64,000 nt of DNA from Candidatus Omnitrophota bacterium (GTDB taxonomy: Bacteria > Omnitrophota > Gorgyraeia > Gygaellales > UBA12090). The notes beneath the pieces were generated by a model. The model was not told where the DNA came from, ran no database searches, and saw only the letters and a program-made list of their open reading frames with translations. Made by a program: the position numbers and the translations under genes. Positions 8,451 to 18,487 of the stretch are shown in pieces (positions within the stretch are counted from its first letter, which is position 1; each line of letters begins with the position of its first letter). The stretch covers positions 669 through 64,668 of the forward strand of contig JAUSCZ010000007.1 in assembly GCA_030674475.1 (NCBI GenBank), given 5' to 3'.

Positions 8451-11400
8451 AACCCAAATACTATTTAAATAAAGACAACGAGTTTGTGATTGAGAATTAT
8501 CACTTGAGTAAACCTTTTGCCAGCTTTTTTCCCGGCGTCGCCGGGGTCTGGGGGGTTCCGATTTGGGCCTTTTATGTCAACCGGGGCCAGGCTATTGCCA
8601 GCTTTGGAGTCCGGGATAAAGACCATCCGATTCTGGAATTCCAGCCGGCTAATAAGGCCTATCAACTCACTTCTTTGCAGGGCTTTAGGACCCTGATTAA
8701 GGAAAATTCCCGGAATAAAACTTTTTTTTATGATGTCTTTAACAGCGGCTTGAGCGCGCCAGGCTTTGAAATTGCCAACCAGATGCGGATAAACTCCTCT
8801 GAGCTTAAATTGAGGGAGATAAACCACACCTTAGGCTTAGAGATAAACATTGAATACTTTACTATTCCTAATGATAATTACGGAGCCTTGGTCCGAAAAT
8901 TAAGCATAAAAAATCTAACCCGTAAAGTCAGAGACTTAGAAATAATTGACGGTCTTCCTCAGATTATACCCTTCGGCACCAACAATTTCTTTTTAAAGGA
9001 ACTCTCCCGAACCATTGAAGCCTGGATGCAGGTAGAAAATCTGGAGAACAGTATTCCGTTCCTGCGGCTGGTGGTTGACCCGGCGGACCGGCCTGAGGTG
9101 GTGCGTATCCGGGAAGGGAATTTTTACCTGGCTTTTGATGAGCGGGGCCTGATTAAGCCGATAGTTGACCCGGAGGCAATCTTTGGCCAGATGAGCGATT
9201 TTACTTATCCCGCGCGATTTTTAAAAGCTAAAAAATTCAGTTATCCTAAGAAACAGCTCGCCCGCGGTAAAACCCCTTGTTGTATGGGTTGTCGCGCGAT
9301 TGCCCTGCGGGCCGATGAAACTTATGAGATTTATTCCCTGGCCGGGAATATGTCTACCTTAGATAAGCTGAAGGAAAACTCAAAAAGAATAGCCAGCAAA
9401 GAGTATCTCGCGGATAAGCAGGCTGAGAATAGAAAATTGATTGAAGATTTAACCTCCGGGGTATTTACTCATTCCGGGTCTAAAAATTTTGACCTTTATT
9501 GCCGGCAAAATTTTCTGGATAATGTCTTGCGTGGCGGCTATCCTTATTCTTTAAAACATTGCTCTGGCCTTACCACTATCCAGGTTTATTCCCGTAAGCA
9601 CGGTGATTTAGAACGGGATTATAACCGCTTCCTTATCGAGCCAACCTATTTCTCCCAGGGCAACGGCAACTACCGGGATGCCAATCAGAACCGCAGGTCG
9701 GATGTCTGGTTTAATCCGCTGGTAAAAGAAGAGAATATCCTGAACTTTTTTAATCTCCTGCAGACTGACGGCTATAATCCCCTGGTTATCAAACCGGATA
9801 ATTTTACCTTTAACGGAAATTATGCCGCCCTGGATAAATTTTTAAGTAAAGATGATTTTTCAAAACTCCGGACTTATTTAGAGAAGCCTTTTACCCCGGG
9901 TGAGCTGTTATATTCATTAGAGCAGAATGAAATAAATCTTAACGGCAGGGAGGAATTCTTGAAATCCGTCTTAGCCAATTCCGCCAAATCCTTTTCCGCC
10001 GAGCACGGCGAGGGCTTCTGGAGTGACCACTGGGCCTATTGCCTTGACCTTCTGATCAGCTTTTTGGCGGTCTATCCGGAAAGCCTTAAAAATATACTCT
10101 TAGAGAAGAAAGAGTTCACTTTTTTTGATAATTCCGAGGTCTTGCGGCCAAGGACAGAAAGATATGTCTTAAAAGGCAATCGGGTATTTCAATTTCATTC
10201 CCTGGCGAATAATCATGCCAAACGCGACCTGATTAAAAAGAGGGATGCCTATGCCCATGTCTCGCGCGTTAAAGATGGTTTGGGCGATATTTATAAAACT
10301 ACCCTGATGGTTAAGATGCTGGTAGTAATTGCCAATAAATTCGCCGGCCTGGATCCTTTTGGGGTGGGAGTGGAGATGGATGCCAATAAGCCTAATTGGT
10401 TTGATTCTTTGAACGGCCTGCCCGGATTATTGGGTTCCTCTACCTGTGAGACCTTTGAGCTTAAACGTTGGATTATTTTCCTGCGCTCAAGCCTTAAGGA
10501 ATTAAACCTCCAAAACAGCTGTTCTATGGAGCTTCCTTTGGAGCTTTATGAATTGCTTGGGGGCCTAAAGGCTATAAGCAGTGAAAAAGATGATTTTACT
10601 TTTTGGGATAAGACCCACAGCTTGAGAGAAGATTATCTTAAGAAGACCCTATTGGGTTTCTCCGGGGATTTGAGACAGATTAACTTAACAGAGATAGATG
10701 AGGCCTTAAGTAAATTTTTAGACAAGCTTGATGCCGGGCTGAAAAAGGCTTATGACGCCAAACATAGACTGCATTATTCTTATTTTATCAATGAGGTCAG
10801 CCAATATCAACCTTTAGAGAATTCTGAATCCGCGCCGGGAGTAAAACCGCTTAAATTCAAGCCGGTGCCCTTACCTTTATTTTTAGAAGGTCCGATGCAT
10901 TATTTAAGGACCTTAGACAATTCCAATCAAGCCAAAGAGGTGTTTAAGGCAATCCGTAAGTCCGGGCTTTTTGATAAAAAGCTTAAGATGTATAAGGTCT
11001 GCGCTCCCTTGGAGGATATGCCTGAAGAGATCGGCCGCTGTCGTATCTTTAGCCCCGGGTGGCTGGAGAACGAATCCGTCTGGCTGCATATGGAGTATAA
11101 GTATATATTTGAACTGCTTAAAAACGGGCTCTACGCCGAGTTTTTTGAAGATTTTAAAAATGTGCTGATTCCTTTTCAGAATCCGGCTCGTTACGGAAGG
11201 AGTATCCTGGAAAATTCCTCATTCCTGGTTTCCAGCGCCTTCGCGGATGAAAATTTGCACGGCACGGGGTTTGTGGCCCGCTTAAGCGGCTCAACCGCCG
11301 AGTTTATCAGTATCTGGCTTTATATGTGCTGCGGAGCGCGGCCTTTTTATCTGGATAAACAAGGAAGGCTTAATTTAGAATTTAAGCCGGTGCTTCCTTC

Positions 11401-11659
11401 CTGGTTGTTTAGCCAAAAAGAAGAGGGCGGATTTCCTAAGAACAGTTTTGCCTTTAAGTTTCTAAGTCGTGCCCTGGTGGTATACCACAACCCCAAGAAA
11501 AAAGATACCTTCGGCAAAAATGCCGCTAAGATACAAGAAATAACCGTAGAATATCCAGATAAAACCAAAAAAACCTTTCCCTCCCGTAATTTAGACTCTC
11601 CGGTTGCTGAAGATATCCGGCAAGGTAAAGTTTCCAGAATAGACGTTATTCTATCTTAA
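8447..11659 (+). CDS. Large (1070 aa) glycoside phosphorylase/hydrolase-like protein (GH94/GH65-type six-hairpin fold suspected)
   Basis: The N-terminus (FASFFPGVAGVWGVPIWAFYVNRGQ) and an internal GNGNYRDANQNRRSD motif resemble the GH94 cellobiose/chitobiose phosphorylase GxGxRDxNQD region. No firm family assignment is possible by eye. Confidence 0.4.
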   Translation: MKPKYYLNKDNEFVIENYHLSKPFASFFPGVAGVWGVPIWAFYVNRGQAIASFGVRDKDHPILEFQPANKAYQLTSLQGFRTLIKENSRNKTFFYDVFNSGLSAPGFEIANQMRINSSELKLREINHTLGLEINIEYFTIPNDNYGALVRKLSIKNLTRKVRDLEIIDGLPQIIPFGTNNFFLKELSRTIEAWMQVENLENSIPFLRLVVDPADRPEVVRIREGNFYLAFDERGLIKPIVDPEAIFGQMSDFTYPARFLKAKKFSYPKKQLARGKTPCCMGCRAIALRADETYEIYSLAGNMSTLDKLKENSKRIASKEYLADKQAENRKLIEDLTSGVFTHSGSKNFDLYCRQNFLDNVLRGGYPYSLKHCSGLTTIQVYSRKHGDLERDYNRFLIEPTYFSQGNGNYRDANQNRRSDVWFNPLVKEENILNFFNLLQTDGYNPLVIKPDNFTFNGNYAALDKFLSKDDFSKLRTYLEKPFTPGELLYSLEQNEINLNGREEFLKSVLANSAKSFSAEHGEGFWSDHWAYCLDLLISFLAVYPESLKNILLEKKEFTFFDNSEVLRPRTERYVLKGNRVFQFHSLANNHAKRDLIKKRDAYAHVSRVKDGLGDIYKTTLMVKMLVVIANKFAGLDPFGVGVEMDANKPNWFDSLNGLPGLLGSSTCETFELKRWIIFLRSSLKELNLQNSCSMELPLELYELLGGLKAISSEKDDFTFWDKTHSLREDYLKKTLLGFSGDLRQINLTEIDEALSKFLDKLDAGLKKAYDAKHRLHYSYFINEVSQYQPLENSESAPGVKPLKFKPVPLPLFLEGPMHYLRTLDNSNQAKEVFKAIRKSGLFDKKLKMYKVCAPLEDMPEEIGRCRIFSPGWLENESVWLHMEYKYIFELLKNGLYAEFFEDFKNVLIPFQNPARYGRSILENSSFLVSSAFADENLHGTGFVARLSGSTAEFISIWLYMCCGARPFYLDKQGRLNLEFKPVLPSWLFSQKEEGGFPKNSFAFKFLSRALVVYHNPKKKDTFGKNAAKIQEITVEYPDKTKKTFPSRNLDSPVAEDIRQGKVSRIDVILS

Positions 11660-11713
11660 GCCTAAGAAGATAAAGAAGAATATCCTTCCTGATCTAAACA
11701 ATTATTTTAAGCT

Positions 11714-12931
11714 ATGGCTGAACGGATAATTTTGCATATAGATATGGATGCTTTTTTTGCTTCGGTGGAGCAAAGGGATAATCCTCAGTTGCGCGGTAAA
11801 CCGGTCGCGGTTGTGGGCAGAGGCAAGCGGACTGTTGTAGTTACCTCTTCTTATGAGGCTCGGGCCTTAGGGGTAAAAACTGGGATGAATAAGTTTGAGG
11901 CGAAAAGGATTTGTCCTGAGGTTATTTTTGTTGAGGCTGGTCATGAAAAGTATACCCAAACCTGCCGGGAAATTGTAAAAATACTCTATGCTTTCAGCCC
12001 GGATATAGAAGTGTATTCTATTGATGAATCATTCTTGGATATTACTAATGTGCGCCGCTTATTGGGTCAGCCGTTGGAAATAGGCCGGAAAATAAAACAA
12101 GCGATAAGAGAGAAATTAGATTTGAGTTGTTCGGTGGGCATCGGCCCGAATAAGTTACTGGCAAAGTTAACCAGTTCCCGGCATAAGCCGGACGGCCTAT
12201 TTCAGATAAAGGCAGAAGACGCCCAAAAGGTATTAGAAAATCTTTCGGTGGATGAGTTATGCGGCATCGGAAAAAAGACCACTCAGGTTTTAAATAGCTT
12301 AGGGATATACACCTGTTCTCAGCTGGCTAAAGCCGATCCCGGGTTACTCAGGAAAAGATTTGGAATCTGGGGAGAGCTGTTGAAGCAAATGGGGGCAGGG
12401 AAAGATGACTCAACGATAATGCCCTTTGGTTATGAGCCTAAGGCCTGCTCCATCGGCCATAGCATGACCCTGGAGCATGACATTAGCGCGTCCGCTGACA
12501 TAGCCAGGTGTATTTTAGAGCTGTCGGATATGGTCGGCCGCCGGATGCGCCGGGAAGGCCTGTCCGGAAGAACAATTTCGGTGGTATTTCGCTATAGTGA
12601 CTTTCATACCTTTAGCCGTCAGAAAAAGATTCCGGCCTCGACCGATGATACCAGGGTTATATATTCACAGGCTATGGCAATTATCGGCAATACCTCCCTG
12701 TCAAAACCCCTGCGGCTTCTGGGCGTAAGTGTGTCCGGCTTAGAAAGGAATCAGGAAGATTTTTTTCTTTTTGAAGAGGACGCGCGCAAGAAGAAGTTGA
12801 GCCGGGCGCTGGATTCTATCAATGGGCGTTTTGGGGAGGGGGTTTTAAAATTCGCCGCCTTGTTAGACGCCGATGAGCCGGATAAAGTAATTTCTCCCTC
12901 CTGGAGACCATCCGGAGCCAGGAAATATTAA
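11714..12931 (+). CDS. dinB: DNA polymerase IV (Y-family translesion polymerase)
   Basis: MAERIILHIDMDAFFASVEQRDNPQLRGKPVAVVG is the canonical DinB N-terminus. Confidence 0.85.
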   Translation: MAERIILHIDMDAFFASVEQRDNPQLRGKPVAVVGRGKRTVVVTSSYEARALGVKTGMNKFEAKRICPEVIFVEAGHEKYTQTCREIVKILYAFSPDIEVYSIDESFLDITNVRRLLGQPLEIGRKIKQAIREKLDLSCSVGIGPNKLLAKLTSSRHKPDGLFQIKAEDAQKVLENLSVDELCGIGKKTTQVLNSLGIYTCSQLAKADPGLLRKRFGIWGELLKQMGAGKDDSTIMPFGYEPKACSIGHSMTLEHDISASADIARCILELSDMVGRRMRREGLSGRTISVVFRYSDFHTFSRQKKIPASTDDTRVIYSQAMAIIGNTSLSKPLRLLGVSVSGLERNQEDFFLFEEDARKKKLSRALDSINGRFGEGVLKFAALLDADEPDKVISPSWRPSGARKY

Positions 12932-12933
12932 TT

Positions 12934-12962
12934 CTTTAAAAATCTAATATTCGTTGTATAAT
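12934..12962 (+). promoter_or_regulatory. Putative extended -10 promoter (TGtTATAAT) for ybaB
   Basis: cgTTGTATAATaat lies ~30 nt upstream of the GGAGG RBS of ybaB. The -35 element is weak. Confidence 0.4.
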
Positions 12963-12991
12963 AATATTTTGTGTGAAACGGAGGTAAGGAC

Positions 12992-13288
12992 ATGTTTGAT
13001 AAAATGAAATCCCTTTGGGATATGCAAAAGAAGATGCAGGAGTTAAAGCGGGAGTTGGATGGCGTTACCTTTGAGGTGGAGAGCCGGGATAAGATGGTTA
13101 AGGTGGTGATGAACGGCTCTCAGGAGGTAAAGGATATTAAGATTCAGGGGAATTTAGCCGATATGAAAAATTCTGTTCTGGAGGCCGCGGTAAAAGATAC
13201 CCTAAGTCAGGCGTTAAAACGTTCCCACGATATAGCCGCGGACAAGATGAAGACGATTACCGGCCTTAACATCCCCGGCTTGATGTAA
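12992..13288 (+). CDS. ybaB: Nucleoid-associated protein YbaB/EbfC
   Basis: MFDKMKSLWDMQKKMQELKRELDG... follows the YbaB family pattern; 98 aa. Confidence 0.8.
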   Translation: MFDKMKSLWDMQKKMQELKRELDGVTFEVESRDKMVKVVMNGSQEVKDIKIQGNLADMKNSVLEAAVKDTLSQALKRSHDIAADKMKTITGLNIPGLM

Positions 13289-13298
13289 CTGGGTAAAA

Positions 13299-13736
13299 AT
13301 GAATTTTGAGAAGACCGTAGAGAATATATTTTCTAAAGACAGCCGCTATAAGCCTGACGCTTATGAATTTGTGGCCGCGGCTCTGCATTTTTCCCAAAAG
13401 AAGCTTAAGCGCCAGGGCCATATTTTAGGAAGAGAGCTTTTGGAGGGCTTAAAAGAGTTCGCCATTGAACAGTTTGGGCCGATGGCCAAGACTGTTCTTA
13501 ACCACTGGGGTATTTACCGGACTGAAGATGTGGGTAATATTGTCTTTAATCTGATCGAGAAGAAATTTTTCTTTAGGACTGAGACCGATTCTCTGGATGA
13601 TTTTAAGAATGTCTACGATTTTGAATCAGCTTTTAGCGATATTTTAGAGAATATGGGAAAGAGCAATCCTTCTTCCGGTGAACCGCCGGCAGGAAAAAAA
13701 GAGAAAAAAATCTTGCAAAAGCCCCCCATTGGATGA
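13299..13736 (+). CDS. Hypothetical protein (conserved small protein, no recognised domain)
   Basis: 145-aa ORF with a good coding look. It may belong to a PVC-type conserved hypothetical family, but this is not verifiable here. Confidence 0.4.
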   Translation: MNFEKTVENIFSKDSRYKPDAYEFVAAALHFSQKKLKRQGHILGRELLEGLKEFAIEQFGPMAKTVLNHWGIYRTEDVGNIVFNLIEKKFFFRTETDSLDDFKNVYDFESAFSDILENMGKSNPSSGEPPAGKKEKKILQKPPIG

Positions 13737-13854
13737 TATAATTAAATTTCCGTGCCTTAATAAATAAAAATTCCCTTAAAAATAATTTAGACTTTTACTT
13801 TAATGCCTGCCCCGCCAACGGCTGGAGATAGGAAAGGCTATTCTTTTAAATTAA

Positions 13855-14436
13855 ATGAAAGAAATCAGAATCCATGCCCGCGCCGGCCAGGGCGCGATAA
13901 CTACCGCCAGTATTTTAGGCTTTGCCTATTTTCTGGAGGAGAAGTTTCCCTACGCCTTTCCCAATTTCGGGGCGGCCCGGATGGGAGCGCCGATGAACGC
14001 CTTTGTCCGGGTTGACGATAAGCCGGTGCGCCTGCGTTCCCAGATTTATGAGCCGGATTATCTTTTGATTTCCGACGCCACATTACTGCGCGGGTTTAAT
14101 TGCTTCAAAGGTTTTAAGGATAATGGGGTGGCCATAATTAACGCCAGGCATGACTTTGGCATTCCGGAGCATAAAAGCGGACAAAAGATTTATCTGGTGC
14201 CGGCTAACGACATAGCTATGGAGACTATTGGAAGGCCCTTAGGTAATACTGCCTTGCTGGGGGCATACGTGGCGGCAACCGATGAGATAAAATTGGATTC
14301 TTTAATTCAGGCGATTACGCATAGATTTTCCGGTAAGGCGGTAGAGCAGAATATTTCAGCCGCCCGGAAAGGCTATGAATATATAAAGAAATGCAGGTTA
14401 TCCCCGCAGAGTGAGGAAAAATGTTTGGCCCATTAA
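13855..14436 (+). CDS. porG: Pyruvate/2-oxoacid:ferredoxin oxidoreductase gamma subunit
   Basis: MKEIRIHARAGQGAITTASILG is the hallmark of the PorG/KorC family. Confidence 0.85.
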   Translation: MKEIRIHARAGQGAITTASILGFAYFLEEKFPYAFPNFGAARMGAPMNAFVRVDDKPVRLRSQIYEPDYLLISDATLLRGFNCFKGFKDNGVAIINARHDFGIPEHKSGQKIYLVPANDIAMETIGRPLGNTALLGAYVAATDEIKLDSLIQAITHRFSGKAVEQNISAARKGYEYIKKCRLSPQSEEKCLAH

Positions 14437-14678
14437 TTTCCAAGCCCTCTACATCCAAAGCGAATAAAACCGGTTCCTGGCGGGTTGAACATAAGCCTAA
14501 GTTTTTAAAAAAAGATTGCATTGCCTGCAAGATGTGTGTTTTGATCTGCCCGGAGGCCTGCATAACCGGCGAAGCCAAGAATACCTACGATTATGATTCT
14601 AACTTTTGTAAAGGCTGCGGTAATTGCGCGGCAGTTTGTCCTAAAAAAGACATTTTGATGGTAAAGGAAGAGGAGTAA
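14421..14678 (+). CDS. porD: Pyruvate:ferredoxin oxidoreductase delta subunit (2x[4Fe-4S] ferredoxin-like)
   Basis: CIACKMCVLICPEAC ... CKGCGNCAAVCP: two CxxCxxCxxxCP motifs; 85 aa. Confidence 0.8.
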   Translation: MFGPLISKPSTSKANKTGSWRVEHKPKFLKKDCIACKMCVLICPEACITGEAKNTYDYDSNFCKGCGNCAAVCPKKDILMVKEEE

Positions 14679-14680
14679 AG

Positions 14681-15898
14681 ATGCGGGAGCTGTTAGAAGG
14701 ATCCCTCGCTGTAGCTGAGGCGATAAAATTATGCAAACCGGGGGTGATTTCTGCTTACCCGATTACCCCGCAAACCCATATCGTGGAGGAGTTAGCGGCA
14801 ATAGTCGCCAACGGAAAGCTCAAGGCTGAGTTTGTGAATGTGGAATCAGAACATTCCGCGGCCAGCGTGGTTTTAGGCGCCTCCGCGGCCGGGGTACGTT
14901 CTTTTACCGCTACCAGCTCTCAGGGGCTTCTGCTTATGTTAGAGGTAGTCTTTAATATCTCCGGGATGCGCTTTCCGGTAGTAATGACCTGTGCTAATAG
15001 GTCAATTTCCGCTCCTTTAAACATCTGGAATGACCATCAGGACGCCATTACGGTGCGCGATTCCGGATGGGTGCAGTTACACGCGGAGAATGTTCAGGAG
15101 GCCATTGATTTACATATCCAGGCCTACCGGATTGCCGAAGATCCTAAGATAATGCTCCCGGTGATGGTGAATATGGATGGCTTTATCCTTACCCACGGTT
15201 TAGAGGTGGTAGAGCTTCCAAGTCAGGATCAGGTGGATAGTTTTCTGCCCGCGTATAAAGCTTTATATAAATTAGATGTGAATAATCCGCTGACCTTTGG
15301 GCCCTTGGTTGATCCGGATTATTATATGGAGGCCCGCTTTGCCGTTCATCAAACCCTTAAAGATGTTTTAAAGCTTATTCCAGCGGTAAAAGAGGAATTT
15401 CAAAAAATATTCGGCCGCGCCTCCGGCGGTTTGGTTGAGGGGTATAGATTAGATGATGCCGAAAAAGTGATTGTGGCTATGGGTTCGGTCTGTGGCACGA
15501 TTAAGGATGTAATAGACGCCTTAAGGGAGAAGGGCAAGAAAGTAGGCTTACTTAAGATTATTACTTATCGGCCTTTGCCTATTGATGAGATATATCAGGC
15601 CTTAAAAAATGTGCCCCGGGTGGCGGTATTAGAGAAGGCGGTGTCTTTGGGTTCTTATAGCCCTTTACTGAGCGAAATCCGCGCGGTATTTAGCGGTAAA
15701 AAGAAATCTCCAGTGATCAGCGGTTTTGTTATCGGACTGGGAGGAAGGGATATTACCATTGATTCCATCAAAGAGGTATACAAAAGATTAAGCGCTAAAA
15801 CCATAAGCGAAGAATATATTGATTTAAAGCCAGAGTTATTAGACCCTTCTTTTAAGGATGGGAAGGTCTATCCTTCTGGATTAGAGGAAAGCGTATGA
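14681..15898 (+). CDS. porA: Pyruvate:ferredoxin oxidoreductase alpha subunit
   Basis: [32 protein letters not shown] is typical of PorA/VorA; 405 aa. Confidence 0.85.
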   Translation: MRELLEGSLAVAEAIKLCKPGVISAYPITPQTHIVEELAAIVANGKLKAEFVNVESEHSAASVVLGASAAGVRSFTATSSQGLLLMLEVVFNISGMRFPVVMTCANRSISAPLNIWNDHQDAITVRDSGWVQLHAENVQEAIDLHIQAYRIAEDPKIMLPVMVNMDGFILTHGLEVVELPSQDQVDSFLPAYKALYKLDVNNPLTFGPLVDPDYYMEARFAVHQTLKDVLKLIPAVKEEFQKIFGRASGGLVEGYRLDDAEKVIVAMGSVCGTIKDVIDALREKGKKVGLLKIITYRPLPIDEIYQALKNVPRVAVLEKAVSLGSYSPLLSEIRAVFSGKKKSPVISGFVIGLGGRDITIDSIKEVYKRLSAKTISEEYIDLKPELLDPSFKDGKVYPSGLEESV

Positions 15899-17934
15899 CC
15901 ACTCCAGCCGCGGAACATCTTTTTTGCGCCGGACACACCGCTTGCGCCGGATGCGGCCAGGCGGTTGCCGCCAGATTAGTCATAGATATTGCCGGAAAAA
16001 ACACTATGATTGCCAATAATACCGGTTGTCTGGAGGTTTTCTCCACCAAATATCCGGAATCATCCTGGGGAGTTCCCTGGATACATTCCTTATTTGAGAA
16101 TGCCGCGGCAGTGGCCTCCGGCATTGAGGCGGCCTTAAAGCATCTGGGAGTCAAGGATAAGATAAACGTCATCTGCCAGGCCGGCGACGGCGGGACCGCG
16201 GATATCGGCTTGCAGGCCCTTTCCGGAATGTGGGAAAGAGGCCACGACATTCTCTCTATCTGTTATGATAATGAAGCGTACATGAATTGTTTAAGCCTCT
16301 CAGCCTTGATTTTAACCGCGGATGGGCTTAAGAAAATAACTGAGGTAAGGGTCGGCGACGGGATTTATGCCTTCGACCAGAATACCCAGCACTTAGTGAT
16401 TAAAAAATGCAGCGGTATCTTTGATAACGGCAAAAAAGAGGTATTTGAATTGCAAACTCACCACCATTCCATAAAGGCAACCGCGAATCATCCTTTTCTG
16501 GTTTTAAAAAGAAACGGCAGAGGGCGGTCAAATTCTTTGGTCTGGAAGACGCTTGAGAATGTCAAAATCGGTGATCAGGTAATATCTTTAAAAGGGATGA
16601 ACGGCGCCTGCCGGTCGTTTAAATTCAATGAGATAAATAAAGTAAAAAAAGGCGATTATAAGGTTAATAAGCTTAATGAAGTAAATTTGCCCCGGGAATC
16701 CAGTCCCGAGTTGATGAAATACCTGGGGATATTTGTCGGTGACGGCTGGAGAAGGGCAGGCCGGGCTGAGATAGGATTTGCCCTGCCCAAAGGCAAAAAA
16801 GCCAGAGAGGTTCTGGTTGGCCTGCATAAAGAAATATTTTCTAGTCCCGTATCCCAGGATGAAAACTATCTTTCAATTTACTCGGTTAACTTAACTAAAT
16901 TTATAGATACATTGGGGTTGGGACAGGGGGCGAAGAATAAAACCATCCCCGGCTGGATATTCACCCTTCCCAAGGAAGAGAAAGAAGCGTTTGTTGAGGG
17001 CCTGATGCTGGCTGACGGGTATGATCATCAAGGGAGCAAAAGATATGTCTCGGCAAGTTTTGAGCTCCTGAAACGGATGCGCTTATTGCTCCAGACGCTT
17101 AATTACCGGGTGGGAAAGATTCATACCCAAACCAAGAAAAAAGGCACTAAATGCGTAAATAGGAACTTATTGGCAGATTCAGAATATGGGTATATCTGTT
17201 TTAGCCGGAAAAAACAACGGGATATGGAAAAATATCCTTCACAATGCCGGTATCAGGATTTCCTGATGGAGAATGAATTTTTTCAGACCGAAGAAATTAT
17301 CAGTGTAGAGTCTAAAGGCATAGAACCGACCCTGGATTTGCGGGTAGAGGATGAGCATAATTTTATCGCTGACGGCATTGTGGTGCATAATACCGGTGTT
17401 CAGCGCAGCGGATTGACCCCTTTTGAAACCAGCACCTCTACTACTCCGATAGGCAGTCAATCCGCGGGCAATCCCCGGCCCAAGAAGCCGATGCCGGAGA
17501 TTGCCGTGGCTCACGGTTTGGCTTATGTGGCTACAGCTTCGGTGGGCTACTTAAGAGATATAGAGAATAAGGTTAAAAAGGCCATAGCCATTAAGGGCCC
17601 GAAATATCTCCAGATTCACGTTCCCTGCCCTTTGGGCTGGAGGCATGAGTCTCAATTTACTTATGATATCGCTAAGCTCGCGGTGGAAACCGGGCTTTAC
17701 CCTTTAATAGAATATGAAAACGGAAAACTGACCAACGCGCGTAAATTAGCCAAGATTAAGCCGGTTGAGGAATATTTAAAATGTCAGGGAAGATTTAAAC
17801 ATATTATCAGCTCGCCTGAGTTAATTAAACAGATACAGGCGGTGGCGGATAAAAATATTGAGAGATACGGCCTGAGAGCGGAGCAAACCGTTCCACAACC
17901 GCCTCAAGCCGTAAACGCTCAACCAAAAGTCTAA
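15895..17934 (+). CDS. porB: Pyruvate:ferredoxin oxidoreductase beta subunit (TPP-binding), interrupted by an in-frame intein; mature extein ~311 aa
   Basis: Extein N-part ...[12 protein letters not shown]...GDGG...CYDNEAYMN and C-part [11 protein letters not shown]... match PorB. The 679-aa ORF is ~370 aa longer than normal PorB. Confidence 0.85.
   Translation: MTTPAAEHLFCAGHTACAGCGQAVAARLVIDIAGKNTMIANNTGCLEVFSTKYPESSWGVPWIHSLFENAAAVASGIEAALKHLGVKDKINVICQAGDGGTADIGLQALSGMWERGHDILSICYDNEAYMNCLSLSALILTADGLKKITEVRVGDGIYAFDQNTQHLVIKKCSGIFDNGKKEVFELQTHHHSIKATANHPFLVLKRNGRGRSNSLVWKTLENVKIGDQVISLKGMNGACRSFKFNEINKVKKGDYKVNKLNEVNLPRESSPELMKYLGIFVGDGWRRAGRAEIGFALPKGKKAREVLVGLHKEIFSSPVSQDENYLSIYSVNLTKFIDTLGLGQGAKNKTIPGWIFTLPKEEKEAFVEGLMLADGYDHQGSKRYVSASFELLKRMRLLLQTLNYRVGKIHTQTKKKGTKCVNRNLLADSEYGYICFSRKKQRDMEKYPSQCRYQDFLMENEFFQTEEIISVESKGIEPTLDLRVEDEHNFIADGIVVHNTGVQRSGLTPFETSTSTTPIGSQSAGNPRPKKPMPEIAVAHGLAYVATASVGYLRDIENKVKKAIAIKGPKYLQIHVPCPLGWRHESQFTYDIAKLAVETGLYPLIEYENGKLTNARKLAKIKPVEEYLKCQGRFKHIISSPELIKQIQAVADKNIERYGLRAEQTVPQPPQAVNAQPKV
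16288..17391 (+). mobile_element. Intein (368 aa) with LAGLIDADG homing-endonuclease domain inserted in porB between YMN and TGVQRSG
   Basis: Begins with Cys ([14 protein letters not shown]...). Ends with ...IVVHN followed by extein Thr. Internal LAGLIDADG motifs [10 protein letters not shown] and [11 protein letters not shown]. The insertion splits the conserved PorB block YMN|TGxQRS. Confidence 0.75.
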
Positions 17935-17959
17935 TACGCTAAAAAGGGAGGAATGATAA

Positions 17960-18142
17960 ATGAAGGTAAGTGTTGATGTTTCAACTTGTGTGGGATGCGG
18001 TTTATGCGAGCAGGGTTGTCCGGAGGTTTTCCAGGTGCAGGGAGACGGCCTGGCCCATGTGCTCGGCTCTAACTGCGCGGCAAATCACAATATAAAAGAG
18101 GTAGCCGAGAGTTGTCCGGTAAGCTGTATTAAGGTTGAATAA
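17960..18142 (+). CDS. Small [4Fe-4S]/[3Fe-4S] ferredoxin
   Basis: 60 aa, CVGCGLCEQGCP...C; likely electron acceptor for PFOR. Confidence 0.7.
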   Translation: MKVSVDVSTCVGCGLCEQGCPEVFQVQGDGLAHVLGSNCAANHNIKEVAESCPVSCIKVE

Positions 18143-18171
18143 GACTTAATAAAAAGTATTTTTAGCTGTTG

Positions 18172-18208
18172 ATGGCGGTTCGCGTTACGCGGGCCGCCAT
18201 TTTTGTTC
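18172..18208 (+). terminator. Rho-independent terminator (GC hairpin ATGGCGGTTCGCGttacGCGGGCCGCCAT + TTTTGTTCTT), copy 1 of a repeated terminator family
   Basis: Stem-loop plus T-run seen directly. The same hairpin core recurs at 21284, 24708, 25757 and 29091. Confidence 0.7.
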
Positions 18209-18282
18209 TTAGCCCTTTTATTCCAGGTGGCACAGGCATCCTTGCCTGTGTGTACACTGTCCTCTTATTAAAAATCTCTGTA

Positions 18283-18326
18283 ATCAAGTTCTTTCCTATC
18301 GCTGCAAACTCGGGAAAGAACTTTAT
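18283..18326. promoter_or_regulatory. Inverted-repeat operator-like site AATCAAGTTCTTTCC-N15-GGGAAAGAACTT (degenerate right arm)
   Basis: Near-identical to the perfect 16-bp inverted repeat at 24928..24974. Sits ~90 bp upstream of the 18412 promoter. Confidence 0.45.
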
Positions 18327-18339
18327 TTTTCCTTTTTTT

Positions 18340-18440
18340 ACCCCGCCTTTTCCGTTTCCCGACGACAATCCCGCCCCAGGAAAGCGCTTTCCCAAAAACC
18401 CGGTTTGGCCCTTGTTTTGGGTATTTTTTTGTGGTATATA
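18340..18440 (+). promoter_or_regulatory. Conserved ~70-bp block (TTTTACCCCGCC...CCGGTTTGGCCC) plus extended -10 promoter (TTGTTT-17-TGgTATATA), copy 1 of 3
   Basis: The block is >85% identical to 21375..21447 and 25845..25918. The -35/-10 spacing is appropriate for driving the 18488 gene. Confidence 0.55.
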
Positions 18441-18487
18441 TTAGTTAGAATTATGAATAACCCCACAAATATAAGGAGGACAAGCAA

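Noticed and set aside
13803-14015. 70-aa ORF overlapping the porG start in another frame
   Set aside because: It is fully contained in the porG 5' region and GC-skewed as an alternative frame. porG has a clear family match.
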